From assembly GCF_964355755.1 (NCBI RefSeq), contig NC_092678.1:15667881-15731880 (forward strand): 64,000 nt of DNA, given 5' to 3'. Origin of the DNA: Antedon mediterranea (taxonomy: Eukaryota > Animalia > Echinodermata). Below the pieces are notes generated by a model that was not told where the DNA came from, did no database searches, and saw only the letters and a list, made by a program, of their open reading frames with translations. The position numbers and the translations under genes were made by a program. This document shows, piece after piece, positions 1-12,175 of this stretch (the first letter of the stretch is position 1; each line of letters starts with the position of its first letter).

Positions 1-2689
1 CAGTGATTTTAAACAAGGTCGCGTTTCGGGATGCACAACGCGCGTGTCGCTTATTTACGGAATACAATTGATATGTGCCCCATTTGCACTCATTTAATAT
101 CCTTCATTGAAATGGGACATAACTTACATAAGGTTTCGATACTATAACTAACTAACTAAGTTTTATTATGATAAAAGAAATATAGGCCTAACTTAATATC
201 GGTATGCACGCACATGGTTGACGTTGAGTTGTGCTAAATTACGAATAATATTATAGTATTGGAATTGATATTATCGAATGAAATTATTAAGACTAATTCA
301 TTTAAATACGTAAAATTAATCAAAGTAATATTTATTTTGAAGGATATAAATATGTATACATATATTCTTTCTATTAAAGTTAATGTTAAAACTGGTCATA
401 CAGTTATTAATTGCTGACTATTTGCCATAGTCCTACAGCGAAGCCTAAAACTTTAAACATTCAACTAAAATAATATGTTAATTCATTTTCGATGATTGAG
501 TTGAGTTCAACAAAAACAAAAGATAAAACGTACTTACTGAAATATAAAATATGCTGGAATTTCACTGGAACCGTAGGATAAAACAAACTATTTATTTTGT
601 AAGTTTGTATGAAGCAGCAATGGTGATGGAAATTAATCTTACGTATTTATAGTTTTAATAAGTAATTGCTTAACCAATCAAATTGTCGGAAAATGATGTA
701 AACCTAACATCAATCAAATAAGACAGTGAATTGGTTTTTATCAACCCGGCACTTTTTTGGGCATGATTCATGGTTTCCCTTCCATTCCATATTTACATTC
801 CTCGTGGTTTATATCATGTCCCTTATTTCCTTGTCTTCATTTTCCACATGCTCTAATCCATCATATGCCTATGTTTACATTCCAAAAAATGACACTCATG
901 GAATCACTCTAAACTTATGAGTTGATCACTTCTTGTAATGAAATAGATGCGATTTGTAATTATATAATAATAAAATAACATCAGTACGTATATTGTTCGT
1001 TTTACTATACTAAATCTTCAATTTTCAACTATTGTACAATTCTTGATTTAAACTGTTTTGTTTTTACTTAGATGGTCTGTGATTAGTTTTTTTTGTTTAA
1101 ACTGTACCGTACTTTATCATCTAGGGGCGTATCCGGTGGGTTGGGTGGCGGGGGGGGGGGGGGATGCTGTCGTTCCCCCTTCTTTTTTCAATAAAACAAA
1201 TTGAAATTGAAATTGAAATTGAAACGGTCGGCGAATCAAAATTTCACAAACTCACATTAAGGTTGACACCCCCACCCCTCTTTATATTCATTGTTGGCTA
1301 ATCTATCATCCCTTGTCATTAATTTAGAATGTTTACACTCTTATGTTTGACAATAAAGTTGAAAGTTAAGAAAATATTGTCATATTGATTCGAATATCAA
1401 TACAGTATCAAGGGCGGGTCTACTACCTTGTCATCTGCCATTTGGCAAGTCCATGAGGGGGCGGGTCAAAGAATTTAAAATAGAAGGGGAGAGGGAGCAG
1501 AGGTAATGTTTCTCAATATGACATGTTCATTTCAACTGAGAAGCAAACAAAAAAGAGGAAGGTAAAATTTCCCGGCTATAAGATTTCAATTTCCAACAAC
1601 ATTTGTCATTTAGCGTCTCGGACGTAAATTGAATCCGCCCCTGAGTATTGTACGTTTTGTATACCATTTGTTTGAAAAAAGAATCCGTGTACTATAGTAG
1701 GCCTACAGGAATTTTTTTGAAAATGGCCAAAATATCACCTTTTTTAAAATACAATTATTATGCGATAATATTGCCATATGCGTATATTGTGTTATCAACA
1801 TGTTATAGAGCTATAGTTGCATTCCTCTATAATATTTTTAAATAACTGGTGCAAGACATAATCTGTCAGTCCATGGCAGTATTTTAAATATTAAATGTAT
1901 CATATTATTTTCATTGACAGAATATCGTAATCCCATAAACTCGTTATGATCGATGAAATCAACGGCTAAGCTGCAACGACTTGTTGCTATTGTAATGTAT
2001 CAGAGTTATATACAATTCCAATATTTAACGTTACCACACACCAACTGAGTTCAAAAATTTGCCCCACAAAAGTCCAGTAAGAAACTGACCAGATGTTTTT
2101 TATGAATACTACTTGTAACCAATTAGCTCTCTAAAGTAACAGTTTATCTAACCTTAGAGAACTTTCCCATCGTAAAACAATTCAAGAATGACAGTTTTTA
2201 AGTAGAGAATTGACAACGATATCCATCATTGAGATATACAATTTTTTCAAACTACTTTGTCTTGCCTGTACCTAGATCGTGGATCAACTAGGACCAATTT
2301 TATATCTAAGCTCAAAGACGATATAATGATGACATATGCAATGAACAGAAGCCGATATACCCCCAGTCTCAACAGAGCCCAGAGACACCTCACTGAGCCA
2401 CTTCATCATAGGCACACCTACAGAGACACACCTCATTCACAACATCATCATCTATCATCACCGATCGACTGATACCCTGTAGTAGTATTTATCGTATCGT
2501 ATCGTATATACGAACTCAATTGCAACCAAGCGAGTAAAGTCTCAATACCGGGCTCATCAGTCTAAAACGTCTCCAATTATATTACACTATATTTAAAATT
2601 GATCCATATAAATTTAAAAACAAATGTATGTAAAGACGCCCTTAATCTTACTCTGGCGGACACTTTAGTTAAATACGATATTAATAATA

Positions 2690-3898
2690 ATTTTCTGAGA
2701 ATGCCCCAACAACTCTCAATTCGTTGATTATGCTGACTTGTTCCTTGTATAAAACTGCTGTTCTCATTACAAAGAAATTGTTGCATTGGACCAACAATAG
2801 AATTTTCAGTTCCGAAATCTGTTCTAATAGACTTTGGACAACCCCCGGGACAACCCATATTTTTTGGCGAACAGAATTTACGTAATAGCCGGCTATAACT
2901 TTGGGACTAGCCATATTATGTGTCTAGAGAATCCGTCATTTATACAAATGCCGTATGGCTTAAGTTTGCCGTACGACTCGATATGTCAGATATAGTTTGG
3001 GCCAGGTACATGATAAATTCTTCTGTGTAGTCGTCGTCTCCTTCTTGCTTCGACACCCTCTGGGTCAAGAAGGTTTAAAATTATTCTGACCGTCTCTTTA
3101 TCTATGTTTAACCCATTTTGTGTGCAACGAATGTGCATCCACCTGTACCCATGTAGCATCCTTGACGTCTGTAATTGGCTTCCAGTTCGTCAGAATGCCA
3201 TTTTCTTCGACTAAGGCACATTTTTTTCAGCCTTCGCTTTAATGTCCGTTTACTTATCAAAATATCATGATCTTCTGCTAACATTTCAATAATCTCTTGA
3301 TAATTTAAGCTACGATTGAAATATAATCTAATCCAATGGTTTTCAGGACGCATGATGACCAGATTGCATTAGCTAAAGTCATCCGGGATGGTTGGGATGT
3401 CATTAGAAAGGGCAGAGGTCGAATTATTAATTCGAAATAACGAATTAAAAATTTGAATTAACGAATTACTAATTTGAAATTTCGAATTACTAATTTGAAA
3501 TTTCGAATTATTAATTCGAAATAACGAATTACTAATTCGAAATTTCGAATTACTAATTCGAAATTTCGAATTATTAATTCGAAATAACGAATTATTAATT
3601 CGAAATAACGAATTACTAATTCGAAATTACGAATTACTAATTCGAAATAACGAATTACTAATTCGAAATTTCGAATTAATAATTCGAAATTTCGAATTAA
3701 TAATTCGAAATTTCGAATTAATAATTTGAAATAACGAAATAAATAATTCGAAATTTCGAATTATTAATTCGAAATTTCAAATTACTTAAATAAATTCGAA
3801 ATAACGAATTAATAATTCGAAAAAACGAATTAATAATTCGTTATTTCGAATTTGTGAAAGCAATATTATTTTTTTGTTGGCCCTAATAGGCTTTCGTA
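2690..3898 (-). mobile_element. Degenerate IS3EU-like DNA transposon (5' half) with fragmented integrase-type DDE transposase
   Basis: Joined minus-strand frames read IRLYFNRSLNYQEIIEML..ISKRTLKRRL..LDPEGVEARRRRRLHRRIYHVPGPNYI*HI..KLKPYGICI..GCPKSIRTDFGTEN..GTSQHNQRIESCW, with frameshifts and stops. A subterminal 21-bp array follows, then a putative terminus reading TACGAAAGCC on minus at 3898. The other end was not found. Confidence 0.65.
3420..3852. repeat. About 20 copies of a 21-bp quasi-palindromic unit (AATTCGAAATTTCGAATTACT and variants)
   Basis: Directly visible; lies between the transposase start and the putative element terminus. Confidence 0.95.
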
Positions 3899-4426
3899 TT
3901 AATAAAATGTTTTAATTTGTATGCTGGAACTTCTGGACCTAATGTCAATAAATAAATGAAATTCCGTATCGTTATTGTATAAAATTATAAGTTTTATTAT
4001 AAAAATATTCACAACTAGAGTAGGCCTATAAGAGTAGTTTCAACAATTAAACAAAATCAACTATAATACTAAAATTACGACCTGCGCAGTATTATTTATA
4101 TTATAAAAAATTGCTTACTAAATCACCAATGAAAATGAAAAGATGATGAATATATACATATCTACTTAACTTGTCGCAAATATCGTTATGTTTCACATAC
4201 CAATGCGCAGTTGTTTTCCAGTTATAAAGATACAATGTCAATGTCATAGTTCATTTGATCGAAAAGGAAGTTCATGTCAACATACAATTGTTCGAAATTA
4301 ATTTAAATCCTAATTTTTCCATGCGAATTTGTTCGCGCGAATCGAAATCGTCATGTTATACGCGTGCGTAGAGAGACATTTGGAAGATATAAACATGAAT
4401 ACGCATGCGTATAACAATTTCGCCTA

Positions 4427-5258
4427 AGCCCCTTTCTCACAGATGTGCCTGCAATATACCGGTACAGTGCTGGCGTCGTGCCGGTATCGTTACCGGCATA
4501 TACCCATTCTCATCGGACTATCGTGCCGGAAATATAACCGGTATATACCGGCTTTCTGTGAGAAAGGAGTCGGGCATATTCGGCCAATAAAAAGTCTCTG
4601 ACAAAATAATTATTGAGGGCGCCCTTTATTGTTATTATTTTTGTCTAGCGATGATATGGCGGCGAATGTTAAGTTACAGATTATTATCTTCCTTTATAGC
4701 ATATTTATGCAATACATGCTATGTACAGTATATTGTGCATATATTATACAGGTATAGCAATTAATTTGCCGTCATCGGCAATCTGTAAAACACCTTAGAA
4801 GGCTGTAGGCCTACAATTTACAAGGCGACGAAAGGTCAGGCACCAACAAACAAAGAGCTAATGGATGGCCTAGCCTAGCGGCCTATATAGATTATGCTAC
4901 AAATTTCTTCTTGTCCCCTTATTTTAAGCAGCTCTCTTATCTCATTATCCCTCCAGTTCGACATTATTATTGTTAATTGAATTGAATAGGCGCCAAAGTG
5001 ATACACTTGACTGCGCAAGGTGTCAAAGCCTCGACGGGGGGAACCCCGGAATATAACGGCAATACGTTCTCACAGAATGCCCGTCTGGCATTGCGGGGAA
5101 TATCCCTAGAATATTACTAGGTCTAAAGCAGGTCATGTCGATGCCGGCATGGTGCCGGCATGATGCCAAGACGACCCGTTCTCACAGAAAACCATACCGG
5201 CATGGTAATGGTATATTCCCGCAATATTCCTGGCACACAACTCTGTGAGAAAGGGGCT
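4427..5258. mobile_element. Non-autonomous PIF/Harbinger-like element, 832 bp
   Basis: TIRs AGCCCCTTTCTCACAGA / TCTGTGAGAAAGGGGCT; 3-bp duplication CTA (4424-4426, 5259-5261); internal CTCACAGA motif copies. Confidence 0.8.
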
Positions 5259-5753
5259 CTAGTGAAAAATCGGCTTAAATGATATTATTACAAAATGAGG
5301 ACATTATTCTATGCGAGTGTATTAATTCCCGGTTCAGTTCGATGGTGCGCCGAACATGGACAATTAATGCTAAAGCCGACTTGGCGAATTTGCTCGCGCG
5401 AATCGAAAGCGTCAACTTATACGCATGCGTATTCATGTTTCAATCTTCCATATCTCTCTCTCTACACAAAAAAAAAATCGGCTTTATAGTGGTACATTTT
5501 AGGCATAATCTTTCCGGAAGCTATCGCTCCGGGTCTGGGCTTATGGTAAACTTAACAAAGTATATGTGTAATTATTAATAGGACTACCCTCAGTATGAAT
5601 TAGAAAGATTCTCTTGTTCCGTTTAACGAAATTCCAATTGACAGGCAAACGGAATAGGCCAAGTGTGACTAAGTGTAAGGTTATACAGCTGAAACGTTGC
5701 CGCTGGCATCATAATGTATAGGCATAGTTAGATTTATATTTTGGACGACCTTA

Positions 5754-5871
5754 AGCTCTGTCTACAATATCAAACTAGTGTGATGGTAGTGATATGCCCA
5801 AATATAGTAGTGATATGATCATCATGTCCATATATATGGGCACATCACATTTTGATAGTGTAGACAGAGCT
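5754..5871. mobile_element. 118-bp Harbinger-like MITE (family A) carrying the 21-bp satellite unit
   Basis: TIRs AGCTCTGTCTACAATATCAAA / TTTGATAGTGTAGACAGAGCT; TTA on both sides; related copies near 20288-21510, 27753-28047, 29277-29409 and 42148-42215. Confidence 0.85.
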
Positions 5872-6036
5872 TTATACAATGTATATTCGCTACTTTTATC
5901 AAAACTTCCAAAGAACTTGAGAGAAGAAGAACTTCCATCCAAACGCACAATGAGTTCATGATCGAACTTGTGCCATGTTATCGCAAATCGGAAGTTCCCA
6001 AGTTATTAGTTTAACGTTTAAAGAAGTGGTTCAAGT

Positions 6037-9000
6037 TTAACGAAATGGTACGCCTATAGTAACTAAAAATAATATAGCAAAAATAACAGAGACCGAACTC
6101 GTCAAAGCTGAGGCGGCACTTGGTTGAGTTATGGGTATGAGTTCTCGTCCTGTTGGCAGAGGTATTGTTAAAGAACTTGGATATTCATCCGTGTTGCGAT
6201 CGTTACACCATAATTCTGGGTCCAACTCATCTAAAATAACAAAACAAAAGAAATCAGTAAGTAATAGGCCTACAGTATTATTATATAATGATACAATGAC
6301 GAATCTCGTTAACAAACGTAAATTTAACTAATAATCGTTAGAGTATGTTTATTGTGTAAAAAAGTTTACAATGAACGTAAAAGAATAAGTACTAGGACTA
6401 ATAGGGAGCTTAATATTTGAGACGACCTATGACATAGAACCTGTGACGTCATTTTATTTTGTTAATGTCTTTGGGTCTGGCAATTCCTCGCGAAAATTCG
6501 AAATCGTAGACGATGACGACAAAGTAATGCATACTTTACCAAAGCGACGATCGAACGCACATAAATTTGCGCCGAAAATCGACGACTCTCTATTATATGT
6601 AAATCATAATAGGTCATCTGCCAACTTTAAACCAATCAAAATCAAGTTTATTACTGACGAGTGATCGCTTTCCATGAAGCCATGATATGTATATTTCACT
6701 TTTTAATCGATGGAATATATTAAAAATCACTCGAAATCCCAAAACCGGATCGTATACGTACTCGGAGGTAAGCTGACTGAAAAGCGGAACCAGAATGTGA
6801 CGTCACTGTCACTGCAACCCTGAGCGTCACAGAAGAATCTGAAGTAAGCAGTGTTCCCTGGCGCCTGACGGCAATCGTAAATCTTGGTGTCGCAAAACTC
6901 ACGACCAAGCTGATCTTCAACACTGAAACATAACAAATAAAACAGTGATTTGTCGGAAAATACTTTCCAAAGAAACAGCATGGAAATTTGCACAACATTA
7001 TTGCTGAACGCAGTTAAATATTGTACCACAAATTAAAATATGTAATATAGAATTGACATGTGGAGTGACGGCTTATGAGCGCTCACCGGCTAAACACAGG
7101 GGTCCCGAAGCTTATGGTGGCCCATGAGCAATGTCCAGAGGAAAATACAGGCATTAAAATATGTCGAAAAGTCTCTAAAAAACGCCCGAGGCCTATAGCG
7201 TCTGAGGGCCACTTGAGGTTCCTAATAAACCAGGGGCATCTGCGTTACGCCACTGCATGTTACGTGTTTTGTTCAATATTTACGGTGTGCAGCATTTGCA
7301 CACTGCATTTGGTGTAACAAAAATGTCTGGATATTCTTACGAAACGAGTGCCAATAAATCCATCACTGTATTTTACTTACCAAATTACTGATCCTGGAGG
7401 TGAAGATTCCGCCTAAAAAACATAAAACAAATATTTTAGGCCTACAATTTGATAAAAATGAATTAGCCTAGGCCTAGTAGACTTCGTTGATGATAACTTA
7501 TATTGCGCTTATTTGAGTCCACCGATCTATGTTAACGCATGACGCTTTCCACTTTCGTATTTGACAATACAAGGACGTAAGAAATTTGACCAATCACGAC
7601 GCGCCGCACTATCCGAATTGTCGCTTGTGATTGGTCAAACCTATCTTTGTGCTACGCCGTTGTGTTGCGTCCAAGCGGCACCTTCTTACTGTATTCTACC
7701 GGTCCCTCTTAAAAAAAATCAACTGGAAGCCAATTAGCTGTCATATAAGGGGATTTTGTTTTTTTATAAGGTAAATAATTTTTTATTCAATCCAGTTTTT
7801 GGTCAAAATGAATAACTATTATGTGTTCCATTAAAATGGCAAGAAAAATGTTTAGGGGGACAATATATCTTTAACCAAGAAAGTATCGGTGTTAAGCTTA
7901 CCATGATCTCTATCCTCTTATCATCTACATTGTCAACTGAATAGCAAGGAGTGGGCTGTCCTGCGTCGGTTTCAAAATACTTTATGACAGAAGACTGGAA
8001 GCCCAGAGGTCTGCCATTAGGATCGAAGAGTGCTGTGTAGTTACCATACTGCTCGGGTGGAAGCGGCACCCAGTTCGGATCACTAGGGTTGCATGAAGCT
8101 GACCATGTGCCTGTCATATAAAATTAATATGCATGTCACAAAAATGTTTATATGTGGTAGCAATTAGTATATAGAACGCGCTCTTTCCTAAAATTTACCC
8201 CGGCGTTTAAACTGTATTATAATCGGAATGCGTATAGAGACTATTCTTAATCAGCCAATCAGATACTACTACCCCAATGACATAAGTACATGTGTATATT
8301 CTTTATTTTTTTTAATACATTTTTGTTTGTATATTTTTATATTGGATGTTTGTGTAAATTTTGCTCGTTTTTGAAATATTTTTTATGTTAATGTTACTGG
8401 ACGCAATTTAGTTTTGTACTGCCATGTCTTTGTTTTAATAAACCAGAATAAATAAATAAATAAACAACGGGTTTTTATTGCTGAAAACTGAGACAACGTT
8501 AAGAAACTGATAATTTCCTTTCTTAAAGCGTGAAATCTAAAAAACCTCAAAATGCAACATAATTAAACACATCGGTTAGGCTTGCTTGGACATTTCTTTT
8601 TTCGTGCGTCCCGTATGAGGCCTAGCTAACAATTTCATGAAAGCTGTAATGAAATGGTCTACAAATTTCACTTATTTGCAATATTGTTATATATGTGGTG
8701 GCCTATCATAACGAATATAGGCTAAAAAATTAATTCAGCCTAAAATGTAATCCCTCGCACTTAACCCCATTGCTTTAATGATGACGTTGATTGAGTCTAA
8801 TCAAGAGAAACAAGTTCGCCAACCCTTTGTTCATAGGTAGTACGCTTGATCGAATGATAGGAATGATACAATTTGAATACAGTAATCATAATGGAAGATA
8901 ATCTCTGGATTAATCAGATCAGATTACATCAATCAATCAATCTATTGTTATATTTAGCTATTAGGCATATTGCTCACTCAAATCTCTATATAATTTACTG

Positions 9001-10872
9001 TTGTACCTTGGTTGATTTTATGATCTGCTGTAAATTAGATTTCGTATTAAGTAGGTTTACATACATAATCGCCAGATCAAATAATATTAATTGTGAATTT
9101 GAATACATTTAGATATCAATATAATGGAGTTGTAGGTGATTACTTGCCTTCCAATCCTAAGGTCCAGGGTTCAATCCTGACCTAGTGCCAGGGTTGTAAC
9201 TCACAACTCTTTCAGCAGCTCCACTCCCCAAGCCTCAAATTAGACTTAGTTTATAAGAACAATAAATTATAAAATAGTTCATCAATGATGTCCTGTAACT
9301 TGTGGTTATTCACTGTTGGACGGGTATGAAGTTAAAAAAAAAAATGCAGATATTTTAATGAATGGAAAAGCGTGCAAGAATATATAAGGGGAAACATTTG
9401 TGTTCCTTTAATAGGGTTTCCTCCCCCTGAATGGCCGAGTGTTAAAACATACATTTATCCTCGTTCTTTTCTCTGAAAATTATATTCTACCTTAGCGACG
9501 AGGGGTGTCTCAACGAAAAATAAAGGGGTGGGGTTACGGGAGTGTAGCCTAATGAAATATTAACATATATATAGTAACAGAGTTTAAAAAGGATAGCCTG
9601 TTGTCCTCCAAATAAACATGACGCAATATACGAAATTTAACCAAAAACCAAAGTCAGACAATTTGAATATTTTTTTTTTAATTACAGTTTTAAGGTAAAT
9701 ACATTTATTTTTTGATCCAAATTTGGTAAAAGTAAATAACTATTGGCATAATCATGACAATTTAAAAAAAAATATCTTATAATTTTAAGAGGAAAATATA
9801 CCTTTAACTGTCATATTATTATGTGTTGAGTTGATCAAATTGATTTGATTTTGGTAATATATTTCTTATTATTATTTTCTGTTGATCATTCCTTAATATA
9901 ATTATAATAATACTGTATTAATTTATGATCGAGAATTCTATATATACAGTAGGTATATGTTCAAATTACTTTCACATATCAATGATAATGTAGCTGTTTC
10001 AAAACACCGTAAGGCCAAAATGTTAATTTAGGATTAATGAACAGTTGGAATAAAGTTTATGTTGGTATTAAATGAAGCAGAAGACACGTTGGAAATCGAT
10101 TAAACTTATCAAAGTGAATTGTCAATGTGGAATTTTGCCATAAAATGTAGCCCACTATTATTGTTGTTGTCCATTTATTGCTACACAATTTGTTGTGTTT
10201 TTTAAACTACTTTTTCTATTATTATTTCTCATAAATTGTTATTTTATAAGCATTATCATAATTGTGATTCTGAGCTTTAAGTCTACTTATTTTCTTGTGT
10301 AGGCCTACGTAGTTGTTGAATTTCGGTCTATCAAGTTTAGTGTAGGCCTACTAATTGTACTACACCAGTTAAACGTCCAATTCAACCCAAATAAGGCTAC
10401 TGGTAGGCCTGGTTGAATTCTTAAATCTATAGATAGGCCTATTCGGTCAACGTATACTGGTGGTAGTAAGAGAAGATTTCGAGTTTAGCATGGATTTATA
10501 TGCATATAGAACGGAGTTAAAACCTAATAGCAAAAGCTATTGGAATGGGGTAAAACCTGCATTGCTTCTACCATTGTAGAAGGCCACAGATACATGCATC
10601 TTAATGACTTCCTTGTATTGTAGGCAATTTACAAAATGATGACTCGCAAAACTATACGTACGTGACCATTCGTGGAGTGTGTAATAATCGTATTATTCCA
10701 TGGCTATATAGTTTACTGTCGGAAACTTCGAGACATCCTTAACTTTAAGCCTAGCTAGTCTACAACATGATTAGAACACGTATCTAAAGCAAATGAATGA
10801 AAAAGACAGGTAATACTTACAGCGAACAAAAATCGTTAATAATGGAATACTGAGTAGGCCTACCAGTTGCAT
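6037..10872 (-). CDS. Uncharacterised 215-aa secreted Cys-rich protein with C-terminal hydrophobic tail (putative GPI anchor), 5 exons
   Basis: Exons 10872-10821, 8110-7902, 7412-7381, 6922-6762, 6230-6037. All junctions GT-AG, phases 1,0,2,1, total 648 nt with no internal stop. Reads MQLVGLLSIPLLTIFVRCTWSASCNPSDP..IEIMAESSPPGSVICVEDQLG..FWFRFSVSLPPNELDPELWCN..SAASALTSSVSVIFAILFLVTIGVPFR*. Confidence 0.85.
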
Positions 10873-12175
10873 CTTGGAGTATAAGTAGGCTACACTCAGG
10901 GTATTATTGTTCTCGCGGCAGCTTGGACTTTCGACTGAATTGACAGGCGCGGTATAGCGTAGTGGTGGTAGGACAATACAGCACAGTAATAGTAAATAAT
11001 GGAAAGGTTAGTTCTATTTTTAGAAACAATACCTCGATGACGTCGTGATGAGAATAATCAAATTCAATGATTACTAATACAATGGCGTAAAATGTGTGTG
11101 AACAAACACACATGATGTGACATAATAGGGGGCGTAACTTCTTGCTAATAAACCACAAACGGAACGTCAGATTAGGACTACCATGCAAATATAAAATTAT
11201 AGTGCTTATAATTGCTATGCACTAACAATGCATATAGTCGGCCAATTAATGCCGACCCCGATTGAATATAGTGTCATAAGTCTATTGTAATATAGCTTAC
11301 GACTGCATTACGTAACAATTACGGGAGGGACGATCAATGGATTTTCCCAATTCTATAATACATTTTTAAACATCTTAACAATATCGTATTTTAGCGGTAC
11401 GTAGTATTACATTATTTACGTTTAGGCCTACAATGAATCATCTCTAATCATAGCTCCATTACTATAGTGTATTTTCGGGTTTCCAATTTAAGTCAGTAAC
11501 AACCCTACATTTAGTCGTATATTCATCATATTTCTTTTCTTTTAATATTTCCATGTGGATGAATGTTATGTGCAATAGTCGATGATGTAATAATAGCGAA
11601 TTTTCTGCCGACGTACGTACAAAGGAATGCCGATGAACGTTCCCGCAAACTTTGAGGCAACGGTCAACTCAACCAGCTTAACATCTAAACATGGAGGTTT
11701 ACCTCCCCATGATCTTAATATAGTTACGTACAAAGGAATGCGGATGAACTTTCCTGCAAACTTTGAGGCAACGGTCAATCAACCAGAGCTCAACTTCTAA
11801 ATCATAGTAACTGGTACGTCAGGGAAACTCAATACGTAAGAAAACAACAACTCCTGCTAATTGTATATAAAGCCTTTTATAAGCTTTGTGTATTTATTCA
11901 ATTTCTTTGGCAGGATATTTAGCTTCCCTTATTCATTATACATTTACTGCATTTTATAGCTAAAATTACTATACATTATGGCTGTCTATCACCCTTCTAG
12001 TGACGACCTTTTGCCTATCGTGTGACTTGCTGCAACTAACTTAAATCATCTTTTAATTATACAAATGTTTCTTCCTTTCTACGCATGCGTGATACAAGCG
12101 ATCGTTCTATAACGATCCATCCTCCTCCTTCACAAAAAAGGAGTTATTACATATAACCTTCTGTAGGGTAAATAA

